Virus record (IMG/VR): IMGVR_UViG_3300023184_000031
Span: 42,256-106,255 of that record
Reading direction: 5' to 3' (one strand)
Length of the DNA stretch: 64,000 nt
From: a virus
Lineage: Duplodnaviria > Heunggongvirae > Uroviricota > Caudoviricetes
The translations under genes were made by a program, and so were the position numbers. Positions 18,938-29,581 of the stretch are shown here, piece after piece; positions within the stretch are counted from its first letter, which is position 1, and every line of letters starts with the position of its first letter. The notes beneath the pieces were generated by a model. The model ran no database searches, was not told the DNA's origin, and saw only the letters and a list, made by a program, of their open reading frames with translations.

Positions 18938-21900
18938 ATGGCAATACCATCACTATTAGGATCCTATATTGATCAAACATACCAGCGAATTGTACAAACT
19001 ACAGGTAGTGGTACTGAATTTGCTGATGGTTTAGGTAATCCAATTACATTCGGCACAACTAATACAGGTAGCTTATTAACAACAGCATCTGTAGTGCTAA
19101 ATACAATCACCTTTAAAAAAGGGGATGGAACTACTTTCCCTATCACAGTAAATACAGGATCGGGAGGTGGAGTAGCTTTTCCATACACAGGTAGCGCCAC
19201 AATAACAGGTAGCTTAGTAATAACAGGTAGTACAGCATCATCATTAGGATTTACTGGTTCATTATTAGGAACAGCATCATATGTTTCTGGTTCTGTATTT
19301 ACTAGTACTAATCCTGCATTGAGTGCCTCGTTTGCATTAAGTGCATCACGAGCAGTAAGTGCATCATATGCTACTACAGCATCATACGCTTTAAATGCTA
19401 GAGCAGGGGGGGCTAACACTCAGTTACAATATAATAGCGGTAGTATATTAGCCGGTACAAACGGACTAACATGGGAAGCTGAACTGCCAGGTACATCTTC
19501 AAATTATCTTGTTAATACAGGATATTATATACTAGATTTTCCACTTAATGGTGGTGGTGGATTACTAGGTAGAGGTAGTAATTATAACCTATTCCAAATG
19601 GGCTTTAACGCTCAAGCTCAATATGGGGGAACATTAGGAACTATATCAGGTAACCAATTCTTTATATATAATTTTCAAAGAGACCCAACAGGTGGAGTAA
19701 CAAATTATTTGTGGGGATTCAATAACAATGGTGACAATTTCTGGGGTTGGGATTCTACATATTATACTGTAAAAATACAACAACCACTAGAGGGTGGTAC
19801 CCCCGACTATGGCAATATAGTACCATTAGAAATAAAACTAGATAATACTGATTATACTAACACATCAGGAGCTAATAGTCATCTTGTACTAAATAATCCA
19901 AATGATGGAGTTGCCCAAACCTCTATAACATCCATTATAAATGGAAATACTGTAGCAAAATGGAGAACGGATTATGCTGGTAATATTTATTGGACTGCTG
20001 GATCAAGCGGTAGTCATGCCTTTTACACTAATGGTGATTTTGGCGTAGGACAATCTAGAATGGATATTTTTAATAATGGAAATATATTAATTAAAAATAG
20101 TGCTGTAGGTGTAGTCAATATAGATAGTGGTTATAAGTTAGATGTATCAGGCTCAGGAGTATCAGGTTCAGTTCGTTTTCAGAATGGGTTAAAAGTAACA
20201 GGATCCATTTCAGAGGGATTAACTAGCTATACTATTGGTGATTATTCACATGCTGAAGGTTATAAAACAACAACCGGCCTATATGCATACCAATCAGTAA
20301 GTATAAGTGGAGGTAACATTGTTTTAAATGCTTCTTATGGTAATGTATTAGATCAATTTACATTACCTTTGTCTATAGTACTTGATGATAGTGCTGTAGA
20401 TAATATTTACGGAAGACAAATATTTTCAGTAAATGCTGTATCATGGAATGGAGCAGAGGTAAAAATTACCTTAGTTGATACATCAGTAACAACTACTCAA
20501 GCAAATATAGGTGTTATAGGAATAATAAATCCAACCAATGCTGATCAAACCATAGGTGGAACTTATGCACATACTGAAGGTATAGAAACAATAGCATTAG
20601 CTAATAATCAACACGTACAAGGACAATACAACATACCTACTTTAGGTGGATCTGCTTTTATTATAGGTAATGGTGTTGATAATGTTAATAGAAGTAATTT
20701 ATTATATGCTAGTGGTTCTGGAGTACAAATAACAGGTTCATTAAAAATAAAGGGCCCTGATTCTTCATTTCTACCTATAGTCGAATTTTCAAATGATACT
20801 GCAGGTACTAATTATCCAATTCAAATATTAATATCAGATGAATTTCTTTCTGTTGGTTATCCTGCACCTCAAGGTTCTATTGGAAGTAGTACTGGTACTT
20901 TACAATTAAAATATGGAGCAGGTGATACTGAATGGGGACTTATAGTATATGAAAATGCCTCAGGAATAATGTCATCTCCAACAGCATCATATGCCCTAAC
21001 AGCATCATATGCTATGAACTCCGGCGGTAGTCCGGTTGAAGTAAAAAACCAAGGTACAACTATTACAACCGGAGTAACCTCCATTAATTTTACAGGAACA
21101 GGTGTTACAGCAACAAATGCTGGAGATGCGGTAACTGTAACTATACCAGGTGGTACAGGAGCACCAGGCGGCTCAAACACACAAGTACAATTTAATGCAA
21201 ATGGTGCCTTTAGTGGCTCTAGCGCTTTAACATTTAATAGTGGATCCAATACATTAACATTAACGGGTAGTTTATCAATCAGTGGTAGTGGAATAACAGT
21301 AACTGGATCTTTAAAAATATCAGGTTCAATAACCGGTTCGTTGTTAGGAACAGCATCATATGCCACAACTGCCTCTTATGTATTATTTACTACAAGTGCA
21401 TCATATGCTTCTGGTAGTACGTCTGCTTCTTATGCAAGTTCATCTACAAGCGCATCGTACGCATCAGGCAGTACAAGTGCATCATATGCCTCTAGTAGCA
21501 CAAGCGCATCTTATGCTAGCAGTAGCACATCTGCTTCTTATGCCTCTGCTTCTACAAGTGCATCATATGCTAGCAGCAGTACATCTGCTAGTTATGCTAG
21601 CAGTAGTACTAGTGCTAGTTATTCATTAACAGCATCATATGCAATGAATGGAGGAGGAAGTGGAACACCAGGCGGCTCAAACACACAAGTACAATTTAAT
21701 GCTAATAATGCATTTAGCGGTTCGCCTAATTTTACATTTAATAGTGGATCCAATACATTAACATTAACAGGTTCACTTAATATAACTGGTTCTACAACAC
21801 AGATAGGTAATCAAACAATAACAGGATCTATAACATCAACATTAGGATTTACAGGCTCATTACAAGGTACAGCAAGCTACGCTAGTCAGTCTTTAAGTGC

Positions 21901-23044
21901 TTCATATGCATCAAATGGTGGTGTAACACAAATACTACAAGGCTCAAATATTACAGTAAGTGGAAATGGTACAGGCCAAGTAACAATATCATCAACAGGA
22001 GGCGGAAGTAGTTATAACACGGCAACTGGATCATATGGTTCATTTTATAGTACAGTTACACAAACTAATGTAGCTAGCACTGCTATGTCAATGTCACTTA
22101 ATGTGACAGATATTTCAAATGGGGTATCAATCTCAGGCTCAATAGATCCATATAACACATATATTAAAACAGCAAATGCTGGGGTGTATAACATACAGTT
22201 TTCTGCACAAATAGATAAAACAGACTCAGGAACAGATAATATATATGTTTGGGTTAGAAAAAATGGATCAGATCTTAGTGACACAGCTACATCCGTTACC
22301 TTAGTAGGTAATAGTGCACAATATGTAGCGGCTTGGAACTTTTTTGTAAACTCATCAGCAAATGATTATTACCAACTAATGTGGTATTCACCCGATGCTA
22401 ACGTACGATTACACGCAGAAGCTGGTTTCGGAGTTGTACCAGGTATTCCTTCATTAATCGTCACTGTAAATAGAGTAGATCAATTTTTATCAAATACAGG
22501 GTCATTTAGTGGATCATTTACAGGAGCATTTACTGGTTCATTACAAGGTACTGCTAGTTGGGCTACAAACTTTGTATCAGCTTCTAATTATGTTTTAAAT
22601 AGTGCTACAAGCTCATTTGTACAAAACAGTCAAACAAGTTCAATGACTGTTGCTACTGCGTCATACGTAACAGGGTCTGTATTTACTAGTACTAATCCTG
22701 CTTTAAGTGCATCTTATGCTGTAACAGCTTCATACGCTTTAGTATCAGCAGGAGGTAGTGGTGGAACATCTAGAATAGTATCCTCCTCGATAACAACTAA
22801 TATTACAGCAGCAGCTGCAGCAAGTACAGACTATGTTTATTTAGTATCAGGATCAGCCACTGTTACATTACCAACAGCAGTGGGCAATACTAACCTATAT
22901 ACAATAAAAAGAACAAGTACAAATATAGTAACTGTGGCAGCATCTGGATCACAAACAATAGACGGTAGCTCAACAATATCATTAAATGTACAGTACCAAG
23001 CAGTAGGTCTTATAAGCGATAACGCTAACTGGAATATAATATAA
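18938..23044 (+). CDS. Large tail-fibre / receptor-binding protein, 1368 aa
   Basis: SASYA repeats; YadA-head-like SHAEG/AHTEG/QHVQGQYN; C1q/BclA-like segment GVYNIQFSAQ...VWVRKNG; TVTLP...YTIKR C-terminal domain. Confidence 0.8.
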   Translation: MAIPSLLGSYIDQTYQRIVQTTGSGTEFADGLGNPITFGTTNTGSLLTTASVVLNTITFKKGDGTTFPITVNTGSGGGVAFPYTGSATITGSLVITGSTASSLGFTGSLLGTASYVSGSVFTSTNPALSASFALSASRAVSASYATTASYALNARAGGANTQLQYNSGSILAGTNGLTWEAELPGTSSNYLVNTGYYILDFPLNGGGGLLGRGSNYNLFQMGFNAQAQYGGTLGTISGNQFFIYNFQRDPTGGVTNYLWGFNNNGDNFWGWDSTYYTVKIQQPLEGGTPDYGNIVPLEIKLDNTDYTNTSGANSHLVLNNPNDGVAQTSITSIINGNTVAKWRTDYAGNIYWTAGSSGSHAFYTNGDFGVGQSRMDIFNNGNILIKNSAVGVVNIDSGYKLDVSGSGVSGSVRFQNGLKVTGSISEGLTSYTIGDYSHAEGYKTTTGLYAYQSVSISGGNIVLNASYGNVLDQFTLPLSIVLDDSAVDNIYGRQIFSVNAVSWNGAEVKITLVDTSVTTTQANIGVIGIINPTNADQTIGGTYAHTEGIETIALANNQHVQGQYNIPTLGGSAFIIGNGVDNVNRSNLLYASGSGVQITGSLKIKGPDSSFLPIVEFSNDTAGTNYPIQILISDEFLSVGYPAPQGSIGSSTGTLQLKYGAGDTEWGLIVYENASGIMSSPTASYALTASYAMNSGGSPVEVKNQGTTITTGVTSINFTGTGVTATNAGDAVTVTIPGGTGAPGGSNTQVQFNANGAFSGSSALTFNSGSNTLTLTGSLSISGSGITVTGSLKISGSITGSLLGTASYATTASYVLFTTSASYASGSTSASYASSSTSASYASGSTSASYASSSTSASYASSSTSASYASASTSASYASSSTSASYASSSTSASYSLTASYAMNGGGSGTPGGSNTQVQFNANNAFSGSPNFTFNSGSNTLTLTGSLNITGSTTQIGNQTITGSITSTLGFTGSLQGTASYASQSLSASYASNGGVTQILQGSNITVSGNGTGQVTISSTGGGSSYNTATGSYGSFYSTVTQTNVASTAMSMSLNVTDISNGVSISGSIDPYNTYIKTANAGVYNIQFSAQIDKTDSGTDNIYVWVRKNGSDLSDTATSVTLVGNSAQYVAAWNFFVNSSANDYYQLMWYSPDANVRLHAEAGFGVVPGIPSLIVTVNRVDQFLSNTGSFSGSFTGAFTGSLQGTASWATNFVSASNYVLNSATSSFVQNSQTSSMTVATASYVTGSVFTSTNPALSASYAVTASYALVSAGGSGGTSRIVSSSITTNITAAAAASTDYVYLVSGSATVTLPTAVGNTNLYTIKRTSTNIVTVAASGSQTIDGSSTISLNVQYQAVGLISDNANWNII
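21392..21625 (+). repeat. Nonapeptide tandem repeat TSASYAS(S/G/A)S, 8 copies plus a partial
   Basis: 27-nt period, near-perfect in protein, synonymously diverged in DNA. Confidence 0.85.
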
Positions 23045-23051
23045 TAAAACT

Positions 23052-23498
23052 ATGGCATACAATCCACAAAATGCAAACGGACAAACTACAATGGCTAACT
23101 CAGCCCCGGTAACTATTGCATCAAATCAATCAACATTAAACGTTACTACTCTAGCAACTGGATCTGGAGGATACAGTGTAACAGGTAGCACATTAACAAA
23201 TACAGTAGTAAACATTGGAACACCAAATACACCTGGAGTAGTAGCAGGATGGTATATATACAATTCAAATAATGTTGTAACATATGTGCAATTTTTTAAT
23301 ACAGGATCGGCAGCTGTAACATTAGGAACAACAGCTCCTGCCTATTCAATAGGTATTCCAGCTTTATCAGCAGCTAACTTAATGTCACCTACAGGTATAG
23401 CACACACTACTGCTATTAGTATAGCAGCAACAACAGCAAGATCAGGAAGTACCGCTCCTGGAACAGCTATTGATATGAATATCTTTTACAAACAATAA
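23052..23498 (+). CDS. Small beta-rich virion-like protein
   Basis: T/A/G-rich 148 aa in the fibre cluster. Confidence 0.6.
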   Translation: MAYNPQNANGQTTMANSAPVTIASNQSTLNVTTLATGSGGYSVTGSTLTNTVVNIGTPNTPGVVAGWYIYNSNNVVTYVQFFNTGSAAVTLGTTAPAYSIGIPALSAANLMSPTGIAHTTAISIAATTARSGSTAPGTAIDMNIFYKQ

Positions 23499-23501
23499 TC
23501 A

Positions 23502-24734
23502 ATGAATATATTAACACCATCAGGATATAAAAATATAATGAGCTGTAGCATCGGAGACGAAGTTATAGCTTACGATATGAATGATGGGCATATTATATAT
23601 AATACAATTGAAGCGATAGAAGAATGGAATAGCAATAATGATAGTGAATTTAGTTCATCTTTCTACCTCGTTAATGACACCTATACCATGTATAAATGGC
23701 AAAGTGTATGGGCAAATGGAAATGTAACTCATGTTAATCAACTAAAAGTAGGTGATATAATATACGATGATGAAAATCAAGATATTATTATCACAAGTAT
23801 TACACCTACACCCCCTCAAACAGTATGGTATAGGTTAGAAATATCAGGAGACCACTCTTACATAGCCGATGGAATAACACTCCATAATGCATCAAGATTT
23901 TGGGTAGGAGGAACAGGTACTTGGGATGCTTCAAGCACAACTAACTGGTCTGCTACAACAGGCGGAGGTAGTGGTGCGTCTGTGCCTGGAGCTGCTGATA
24001 CAGTGACATTTGATGGCTCTTCAGGTACAGGAACAGTTACATTAAATACAGATGTTACTATAGTAAATATTACTATAGCTAATACAACAAATGTTATGAC
24101 ATTTAACTTTGCTACAAATAATAATAGTTTTACTCTTACAGGAAACTTTACTTACACAGGTGGTACACCCGCAAATAGAATAATAAATTATGGAAGCAAT
24201 ACAATAACGATAGGTGGAGCTGGTACTAATTTTAGTGCAGCAGCTATTGGTGGGGGTAATGATTTAAGTAACTGCACTCTTATTTTTACAAATACGACAA
24301 CAAGCACTGTTACAGTTAATCTCGTAACAGGATCTATAGGTACAGTTACTTTTAATAGAGGGGCAAGTACAGGTATAAACCAGTTTGCTCAAGGACCTGG
24401 TACGATAACAAATCTTAATGATATAGGAACAGCAGCTCACACTTTAAGATTTCAACAAGGTAGAACTTGGACTATTGGGAATTTTAATGTTAGAGGTTCA
24501 GCAGGAAATCTTGTAACAGTAGATACAAATGGTACTGCTGCTGCTACTTTAACAAAACTACCACTTGGTGTAGTGAATACAGATTATATAACAAGCGGAT
24601 CAATAACTGGACCAGTGAATGTAACGCCTGCAACACTAACTTGGTATGCAGGAGCAAATAGTAACCCATCAGGTTCAGGATGGATTACATCAAGCATGCC
24701 TCCAAGAAAAATGGGATCAGCAGGAGTAGGATAA
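23502..24734 (+). CDS. N-terminal Hint (intein-like) domain fused to a beta-solenoid-like structural passenger
   Basis: ILTPSGYKNI...IGDEV start; YRLEISGDHSYIADGITLHN end (Asn129); passenger begins ASRFWVGGTGTWD. Confidence 0.8.
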   Translation: MNILTPSGYKNIMSCSIGDEVIAYDMNDGHIIYNTIEAIEEWNSNNDSEFSSSFYLVNDTYTMYKWQSVWANGNVTHVNQLKVGDIIYDDENQDIIITSITPTPPQTVWYRLEISGDHSYIADGITLHNASRFWVGGTGTWDASSTTNWSATTGGGSGASVPGAADTVTFDGSSGTGTVTLNTDVTIVNITIANTTNVMTFNFATNNNSFTLTGNFTYTGGTPANRIINYGSNTITIGGAGTNFSAAAIGGGNDLSNCTLIFTNTTTSTVTVNLVTGSIGTVTFNRGASTGINQFAQGPGTITNLNDIGTAAHTLRFQQGRTWTIGNFNVRGSAGNLVTVDTNGTAAATLTKLPLGVVNTDYITSGSITGPVNVTPATLTWYAGANSNPSGSGWITSSMPPRKMGSAGVG

Positions 24735-24795
24735 ATAAATTTGGTTGGTCTCTATTTTTTGTATATATTTATATCAAACAAAAACAAATTAAATT

Positions 24796-25062
24796 ATGTT
24801 ATTTACAATTATCGTTATCGTAGTAGTAGCAGCTCTAGTAGTTTATGTTACTAAAAAAACCAAATCAACTTCTCCAACAGCATTACATGCAGAAGATGCT
24901 ATTGTTACTCCTTCAATTCATGAAGAAATTACTAAAACAGTAAAAGAAGCTAAAGCACAAGCTCCTATTGCTAATGAAGTTTCTAAAACTTCTAAAGTTA
25001 AATCTGCTCCTAAAATGAGCACCAAATCAGCTAAAAAATCAGCAACTAAAAATAAACAATAA
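24796..25062 (+). CDS. Membrane-anchored protein with Lys/Ser/Ala-rich tail
   Basis: N-terminal TM IIVIVVVAALVVYV; basic C-terminus; ATATTTAT at 24765-24772. Confidence 0.65.
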   Translation: MLFTIIVIVVVAALVVYVTKKTKSTSPTALHAEDAIVTPSIHEEITKTVKEAKAQAPIANEVSKTSKVKSAPKMSTKSAKKSATKNKQ

Positions 25063-25295
25063 TGCTTAAATTAGTAGAAATTGCTAAGGCTTGGATAGCC
25101 GCAGCTAACCCTACTCCTGAGCAGCAACAAATAGCAAATATTAGAATATCTATTTGTGATAGTTGTCCTAATAAAAAACCGCTACCACAGTTTAATATAT
25201 ATTCTTGTGGATTATGTGGTTGCCCCTTAGATAAAAAAATATTTTCACCCTTACCTGGCGAACAGGCATGCCCTGATAAGCGCTGGACAAAATAA
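25062..25295 (+). CDS. Small Cys-rich putative metal-binding protein
   Basis: CDSC...CGLCGC...C pattern. Confidence 0.65.
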   Translation: MLKLVEIAKAWIAAANPTPEQQQIANIRISICDSCPNKKPLPQFNIYSCGLCGCPLDKKIFSPLPGEQACPDKRWTK

Positions 25296-25301
25296 AAATT
25301 T

Positions 25302-25574
25302 ATGTCAGAAACAAAAAAACTAACAGCAGAAGAATTACAACAAATTAGCGAACTTCAAACACAATACAATAAGTTTGTATTTGAATTAGGTAGTGTTGAA
25401 GCACAACTCCAGTCTTTATTACATCAAAAATCACTATTAGAAACCGAAAAAAATGGTATTCTTAGTGATATTAAAACATTAAGTGTAAATGAAAAAGAAA
25501 TAGTATCATCACTACAAGAAAAATACGGTACTGGAAACATCAACCCACAAACCGGTGAAATAACTCCGTTCTAA
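25302..25574 (+). CDS. Small coiled-coil protein
   Basis: Heptad-rich; ends KYGTGNINPQTGEI. Confidence 0.65.
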   Translation: MSETKKLTAEELQQISELQTQYNKFVFELGSVEAQLQSLLHQKSLLETEKNGILSDIKTLSVNEKEIVSSLQEKYGTGNINPQTGEITPF

Positions 25575-25662
25575 TTCGAATTACTTCTGCGTTTTATATG
25601 GCTTTGTAGATATTTATTATTAGGTAACTCTAAATAATCTAAATCTAAACAAATATCATAAA

Positions 25663-27822
25663 ATGTCAGAAGTTATTCTTTCCCCTGGTGTATTCCAGAT
25701 CGAATCAGACCAAAGCTTATATACGCAGGCTCCACCAGCTCTTGGTGCTGCTATTGTAGGCCCTACAGTAGGTGGTCGCCCAATGGTACCTACTTACGTT
25801 ACTACTTATAGTCAATACTTATCAATTTTTGGTGATGTATTCAAAAGTAGTAGCTACTATTATGAATATCTTACATCAATGGCTGCTAGAGAATATTTTC
25901 AAAATGGCGGTCAATCATTATTAGTAACTAGAATCATTAGTGGTAGCAACAATATTAGTACATACGCTCAAGCAACTGTACCTAATACAGCAGCAACAGT
26001 TGCAGGAACTTCCGCTTCTGCTTCATTTGCAGCCGCTGCAGGAGATACAGGATCATGGATCCAAACAGTAATTAATGCTAGCACAGCTTATGGTACTGTA
26101 ACTTATAATATTATTAATAATCCATGGCTTATACCTCCTAATAATTATTCTGGTGGTGCTAATACTATATATCTTGGTATTGGAAATGGTGCTGGTGTTC
26201 CTAATGTATCATTAACAGAATGGGCAGGTTATATGGCAACTGCTATTAATAGTGCTACTAGCCTAGGTTCAACTGGTATAGGTAGTGCTCTTACAGCGTC
26301 CGCTATTGGTGGTACTTTAACTATTACCTCTAAATTAACTGGAACTGCCGCAAACGCATTTAGCGTTACTCATAGCTACAATTATGGTGTTTCAAATCCT
26401 CCAGCACAACAATTTGTAGGAGGTGTTGATTCTATTACCGGTACTTCATTTACTCTTGAAACATTAGATTGGGGTGATACTCAAAATAATACTTCAAGTT
26501 TATCAAGTGGTTCATTAGCAAGCGGATCAGCGTATAATGTACGTTGGGAAGTAACTAACGCAAATACTGGCTCAAACGGTGGTACATTTACAATTGTAGT
26601 TCGTAGAGGTGATGATAATAATACTCAAAAGAATATCTTAGAAACATGGGCTAACGTAAGTTTAGACCCACAACTTCCTAACTATATATCTCGTGTTATT
26701 GGTGATCTAAAACCAGTATACAATGTATCAACAGGACAAATTGACTATCAAGGTACATATGCTAATCAATCACAATATGTTCGTGTAGCATCAGTTGCTA
26801 TTCCAAACGTAGATTCATTAGATAATCTTGGTAATTTTAAATCAGGATCATATGGTACTACATTACCTGCAGTAGGTAGTGGTTCATACGGTGGTTCATT
26901 TAGTGGCGGTGCTACTGATACAACTCAACCAAAATTAATGAATGAAGCTATTACAACAACTAACATTCAAGGATTTGCACCTTCTGATTATAACACAGCA
27001 TTCACATTATTAACAAATAAAGATGAATACAGCTACAATATCTTATTAGCACCAGGTATTGGATTAGATTGTTCAGCTGCATCTAATATGATTGCAACTG
27101 TTGAAAGTAGAGGAGATGCAATTGCTATTACAGGAGCTGGTGTTTATGGAACAACAATAAATCAAGCAACTACAAACGCTGCTGGTCAATCAAGTAATTA
27201 CGCTGCAACCTATTATCCTTGGGTTCAATTATACTCAAGTGGTTTAGGTAAAACTGTATGGTGTCCTCCATCAACTGTAATAGGTGGTGTATTAGCATTC
27301 AACGACCAAGTAGGCGCTGAATGGTTCGCACCAGCTGGTTTGAACAGAGGTGGTATTCCATCAGTAGTAAGAGCAGAACGCAGATTATCTCAAACAGATC
27401 GTGATACACTATACACTCAAAATGTTAATCCATTAGCAACATTCCCAGGAACTGGGGTTGTAGTATGGGGTCAAAAAACACTACAACGTAAACCAACATC
27501 TCTTGATCGTGTAAATGTTCGTAGATTGTTGATTGCATTAAAAGATTACATTGGTGGTGTTTCTCGTAATTTAGTATTCGAACAAAATACAACAGTAACT
27601 CGTAATAGATTCTTATCACAAGTTAATCCATACTTATCATCAGTAGTACAACGTCAAGGATTATATGCTTATAAAGTAATAATGGACGATTCAAACAATA
27701 CTCCTGATGTAGTAGATCGTAACCAATTAGTAGGTCAGATTTATATCCAACCAACTAAAACAGCAGAATTTATTATCTTGAACTTCAATATTCTTCCTAC
27801 TGGCGCTACATTCCCTGCATAA
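25663..27822 (+). CDS. gp18: Tail sheath protein (gp18-like)
   Basis: SPGVFQIESDQS start; WFAPAGLNRGGI, VVWGQKTL, LDRVNVRRLL, FEQN and NNTPDVVDRNQLVG motifs. Confidence 0.96.
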   Translation: MSEVILSPGVFQIESDQSLYTQAPPALGAAIVGPTVGGRPMVPTYVTTYSQYLSIFGDVFKSSSYYYEYLTSMAAREYFQNGGQSLLVTRIISGSNNISTYAQATVPNTAATVAGTSASASFAAAAGDTGSWIQTVINASTAYGTVTYNIINNPWLIPPNNYSGGANTIYLGIGNGAGVPNVSLTEWAGYMATAINSATSLGSTGIGSALTASAIGGTLTITSKLTGTAANAFSVTHSYNYGVSNPPAQQFVGGVDSITGTSFTLETLDWGDTQNNTSSLSSGSLASGSAYNVRWEVTNANTGSNGGTFTIVVRRGDDNNTQKNILETWANVSLDPQLPNYISRVIGDLKPVYNVSTGQIDYQGTYANQSQYVRVASVAIPNVDSLDNLGNFKSGSYGTTLPAVGSGSYGGSFSGGATDTTQPKLMNEAITTTNIQGFAPSDYNTAFTLLTNKDEYSYNILLAPGIGLDCSAASNMIATVESRGDAIAITGAGVYGTTINQATTNAAGQSSNYAATYYPWVQLYSSGLGKTVWCPPSTVIGGVLAFNDQVGAEWFAPAGLNRGGIPSVVRAERRLSQTDRDTLYTQNVNPLATFPGTGVVVWGQKTLQRKPTSLDRVNVRRLLIALKDYIGGVSRNLVFEQNTTVTRNRFLSQVNPYLSSVVQRQGLYAYKVIMDDSNNTPDVVDRNQLVGQIYIQPTKTAEFIILNFNILPTGATFPA

Positions 27823-27872
27823 GGGGATGTAGTTCCTAATATTTATTAATAGCAATAAAATAACAATATAAA

Positions 27873-28361
27873 ATGGCAGTACTTAATCCGAACGAAATAA
27901 TGTTCACAGCGTATGAACCGAAGGTTGCAAATCGCTTTATAATGTACATAGACGGTATTCCGGCATATTTAATTAAAAAGATATCAGCTCCTGGATTTGA
28001 CGCTGGTGAAATCATATTAGAACATATTAACGTTTACCGTAAAGTAAAAGGTAAAGTTAGATGGAATGATATGACAATGGAATTATACGATCCGATCACT
28101 CCAAGTGGTGCTCAAGCTGTAATGGAATGGGCTCGTTTGGCACATGAATCAGTAACAGGTAGAGATGGTTATAGTGATTTCTATAAAAGAGATATCACAT
28201 TGAATATCCTAGGACCAGTTGGTGATATCGTTGGTGAATGGATTGTTAAAGGTGCTTATGTTAAAACAGCAACTTTTGGCGATTACGATTGGGCTACAGG
28301 AGATGCAGCAATTACACTTAGTGTAACAATGGCTATGGATTATTGTGTATTGAACTTCTAA
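27873..28361 (+). CDS. gp19: Tail tube protein (gp19-like)
   Basis: Follows sheath; EPKVANRF, WNDMTMELYD and W...GA(Y)V...FGDYDW motifs. Confidence 0.9.
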   Translation: MAVLNPNEIMFTAYEPKVANRFIMYIDGIPAYLIKKISAPGFDAGEIILEHINVYRKVKGKVRWNDMTMELYDPITPSGAQAVMEWARLAHESVTGRDGYSDFYKRDITLNILGPVGDIVGEWIVKGAYVKTATFGDYDWATGDAAITLSVTMAMDYCVLNF

Positions 28362-28387
28362 TCACTTCTCATATTTCTTTTCTTTGG

Positions 28388-28419
28388 AGCGTCTGCCGTT
28401 TGGTAGACGCTTTTGTTTT
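28388..28419 (+). terminator. Intrinsic terminator after the tube gene
   Basis: Stem AGCGTCTGCC/GGTAGACGCT plus TTTGTTTT. Confidence 0.8.
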
Positions 28420-28446
28420 ACTTATATTTATACGAAATAAAGTAAT

Positions 28447-28773
28447 ATGCCTCGTACACCCATTCATCCAATAGATGACCCATCACCAATTTCAAACCAA
28501 CCAGTAACACCACAACCACCCACTTATGTAATTCAACCTAATCCGGGACTGGTAGGATCATTTGATAAAACAAATTTGGATATAGAAAATCCAAAACCAA
28601 ATGGGGGTATTCCATATAAGCAAGATAAAGACCCTACAACATATCCCCCTACAGTACACCATACCATTCCTGAACGTGGATATTTTGCTACTCCAGGAGA
28701 AGCAGCATCTAAATTTGAGCAAAAATATAGTCCAAAGAAAACATATTTAGATTCTATGAAAGATTATATTTAA
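28447..28773 (+). CDS. Pro-rich hypothetical protein
   Basis: Own ATATTTAT motif at 28424-28431. Confidence 0.6.
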   Translation: MPRTPIHPIDDPSPISNQPVTPQPPTYVIQPNPGLVGSFDKTNLDIENPKPNGGIPYKQDKDPTTYPPTVHHTIPERGYFATPGEAASKFEQKYSPKKTYLDSMKDYI

Positions 28774-28822
28774 AATTTATCTTTTATATATTTATATACG
28801 AACAAAAAAATAAATAACGTTT

Positions 28823-29581
28823 ATGGCAGAATTAAAGTTACCGACAGAAATGGTTTCATTACCATCAAAAGGTTTATTGTATCCTAAAGACTCACCACTT
28901 GCTAAAGGTGAAATTGAAATGAAATATATGACAGCTAAGGAAGAAGATATTCTTACCAATACTAATTATATTCGCCAAGGTACAGTGGTTGATAAATTAT
29001 TACAATCTCTAATTATTACTCCTATCACATATGATGACCTATTAATTGGTGATAAAAATGCAATATTAATTGCAGCACGTATCTTAGGATATGGTTCTGA
29101 ATATGCATTCAAATACACTAATGAACGTGGACAAGAGATAGATGCTAAAGTTGATTTATCAACATTAGAAGAAAAAGTATTAGATGAATCATTATTTAAA
29201 ACTGGTGTAAATGAATTTACATTTAATTTACCAAAATCAGGCAATGTAGTAACATTCAAATTGTTAACACATGGTGATGAGAAGAAAATTGAAGGTGAAA
29301 TTAAAGGATTACAAAAAATCAATCCAAACTCTACAACAGACGTTACAACAAGAATGAAATATGTTATCACCTCCATTAATGGTGATCGTGATCAAAAAGC
29401 AATACGTGAGTTTGTAGATAATTATCTATTAGCCCCAGATGCAAGAGCATTACGTGAATATTATGCTAAAATCCAGCCAGATATTGAAATGAAATATATA
29501 CCTGAAGATGATAGTTATACAGGGGAGGGTATAACTATTCCGATTTCTCTTAACTTTTTTTGGCCTGACGCCGGAATATAG
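28823..29581 (+). CDS. Baseplate hub assembly / tail-chaperone protein (gp26-like)
   Basis: LPSKGLLYP, MTAKEEDIL, LLIGDKNAILIAAR motifs; ends NFFWPD. Confidence 0.85.
   Translation: MAELKLPTEMVSLPSKGLLYPKDSPLAKGEIEMKYMTAKEEDILTNTNYIRQGTVVDKLLQSLIITPITYDDLLIGDKNAILIAARILGYGSEYAFKYTNERGQEIDAKVDLSTLEEKVLDESLFKTGVNEFTFNLPKSGNVVTFKLLTHGDEKKIEGEIKGLQKINPNSTTDVTTRMKYVITSINGDRDQKAIREFVDNYLLAPDARALREYYAKIQPDIEMKYIPEDDSYTGEGITIPISLNFFWPDAGI

Noticed and set aside
23496-23504. In-frame TAA between the 23052 ORF and the Hint ORF, suggesting readthrough or a recoded stop
   Set aside because: Readthrough would give no Cys/Ser nucleophile at the Hint start, and TAA is the ordinary stop throughout the window.
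29521-29529. AGGGGAGGG as an internal SD stimulating the frameshift
   Set aside because: It lies about 26 nt upstream of the T run, farther than known stimulatory SD spacings, and simply encodes GEG.
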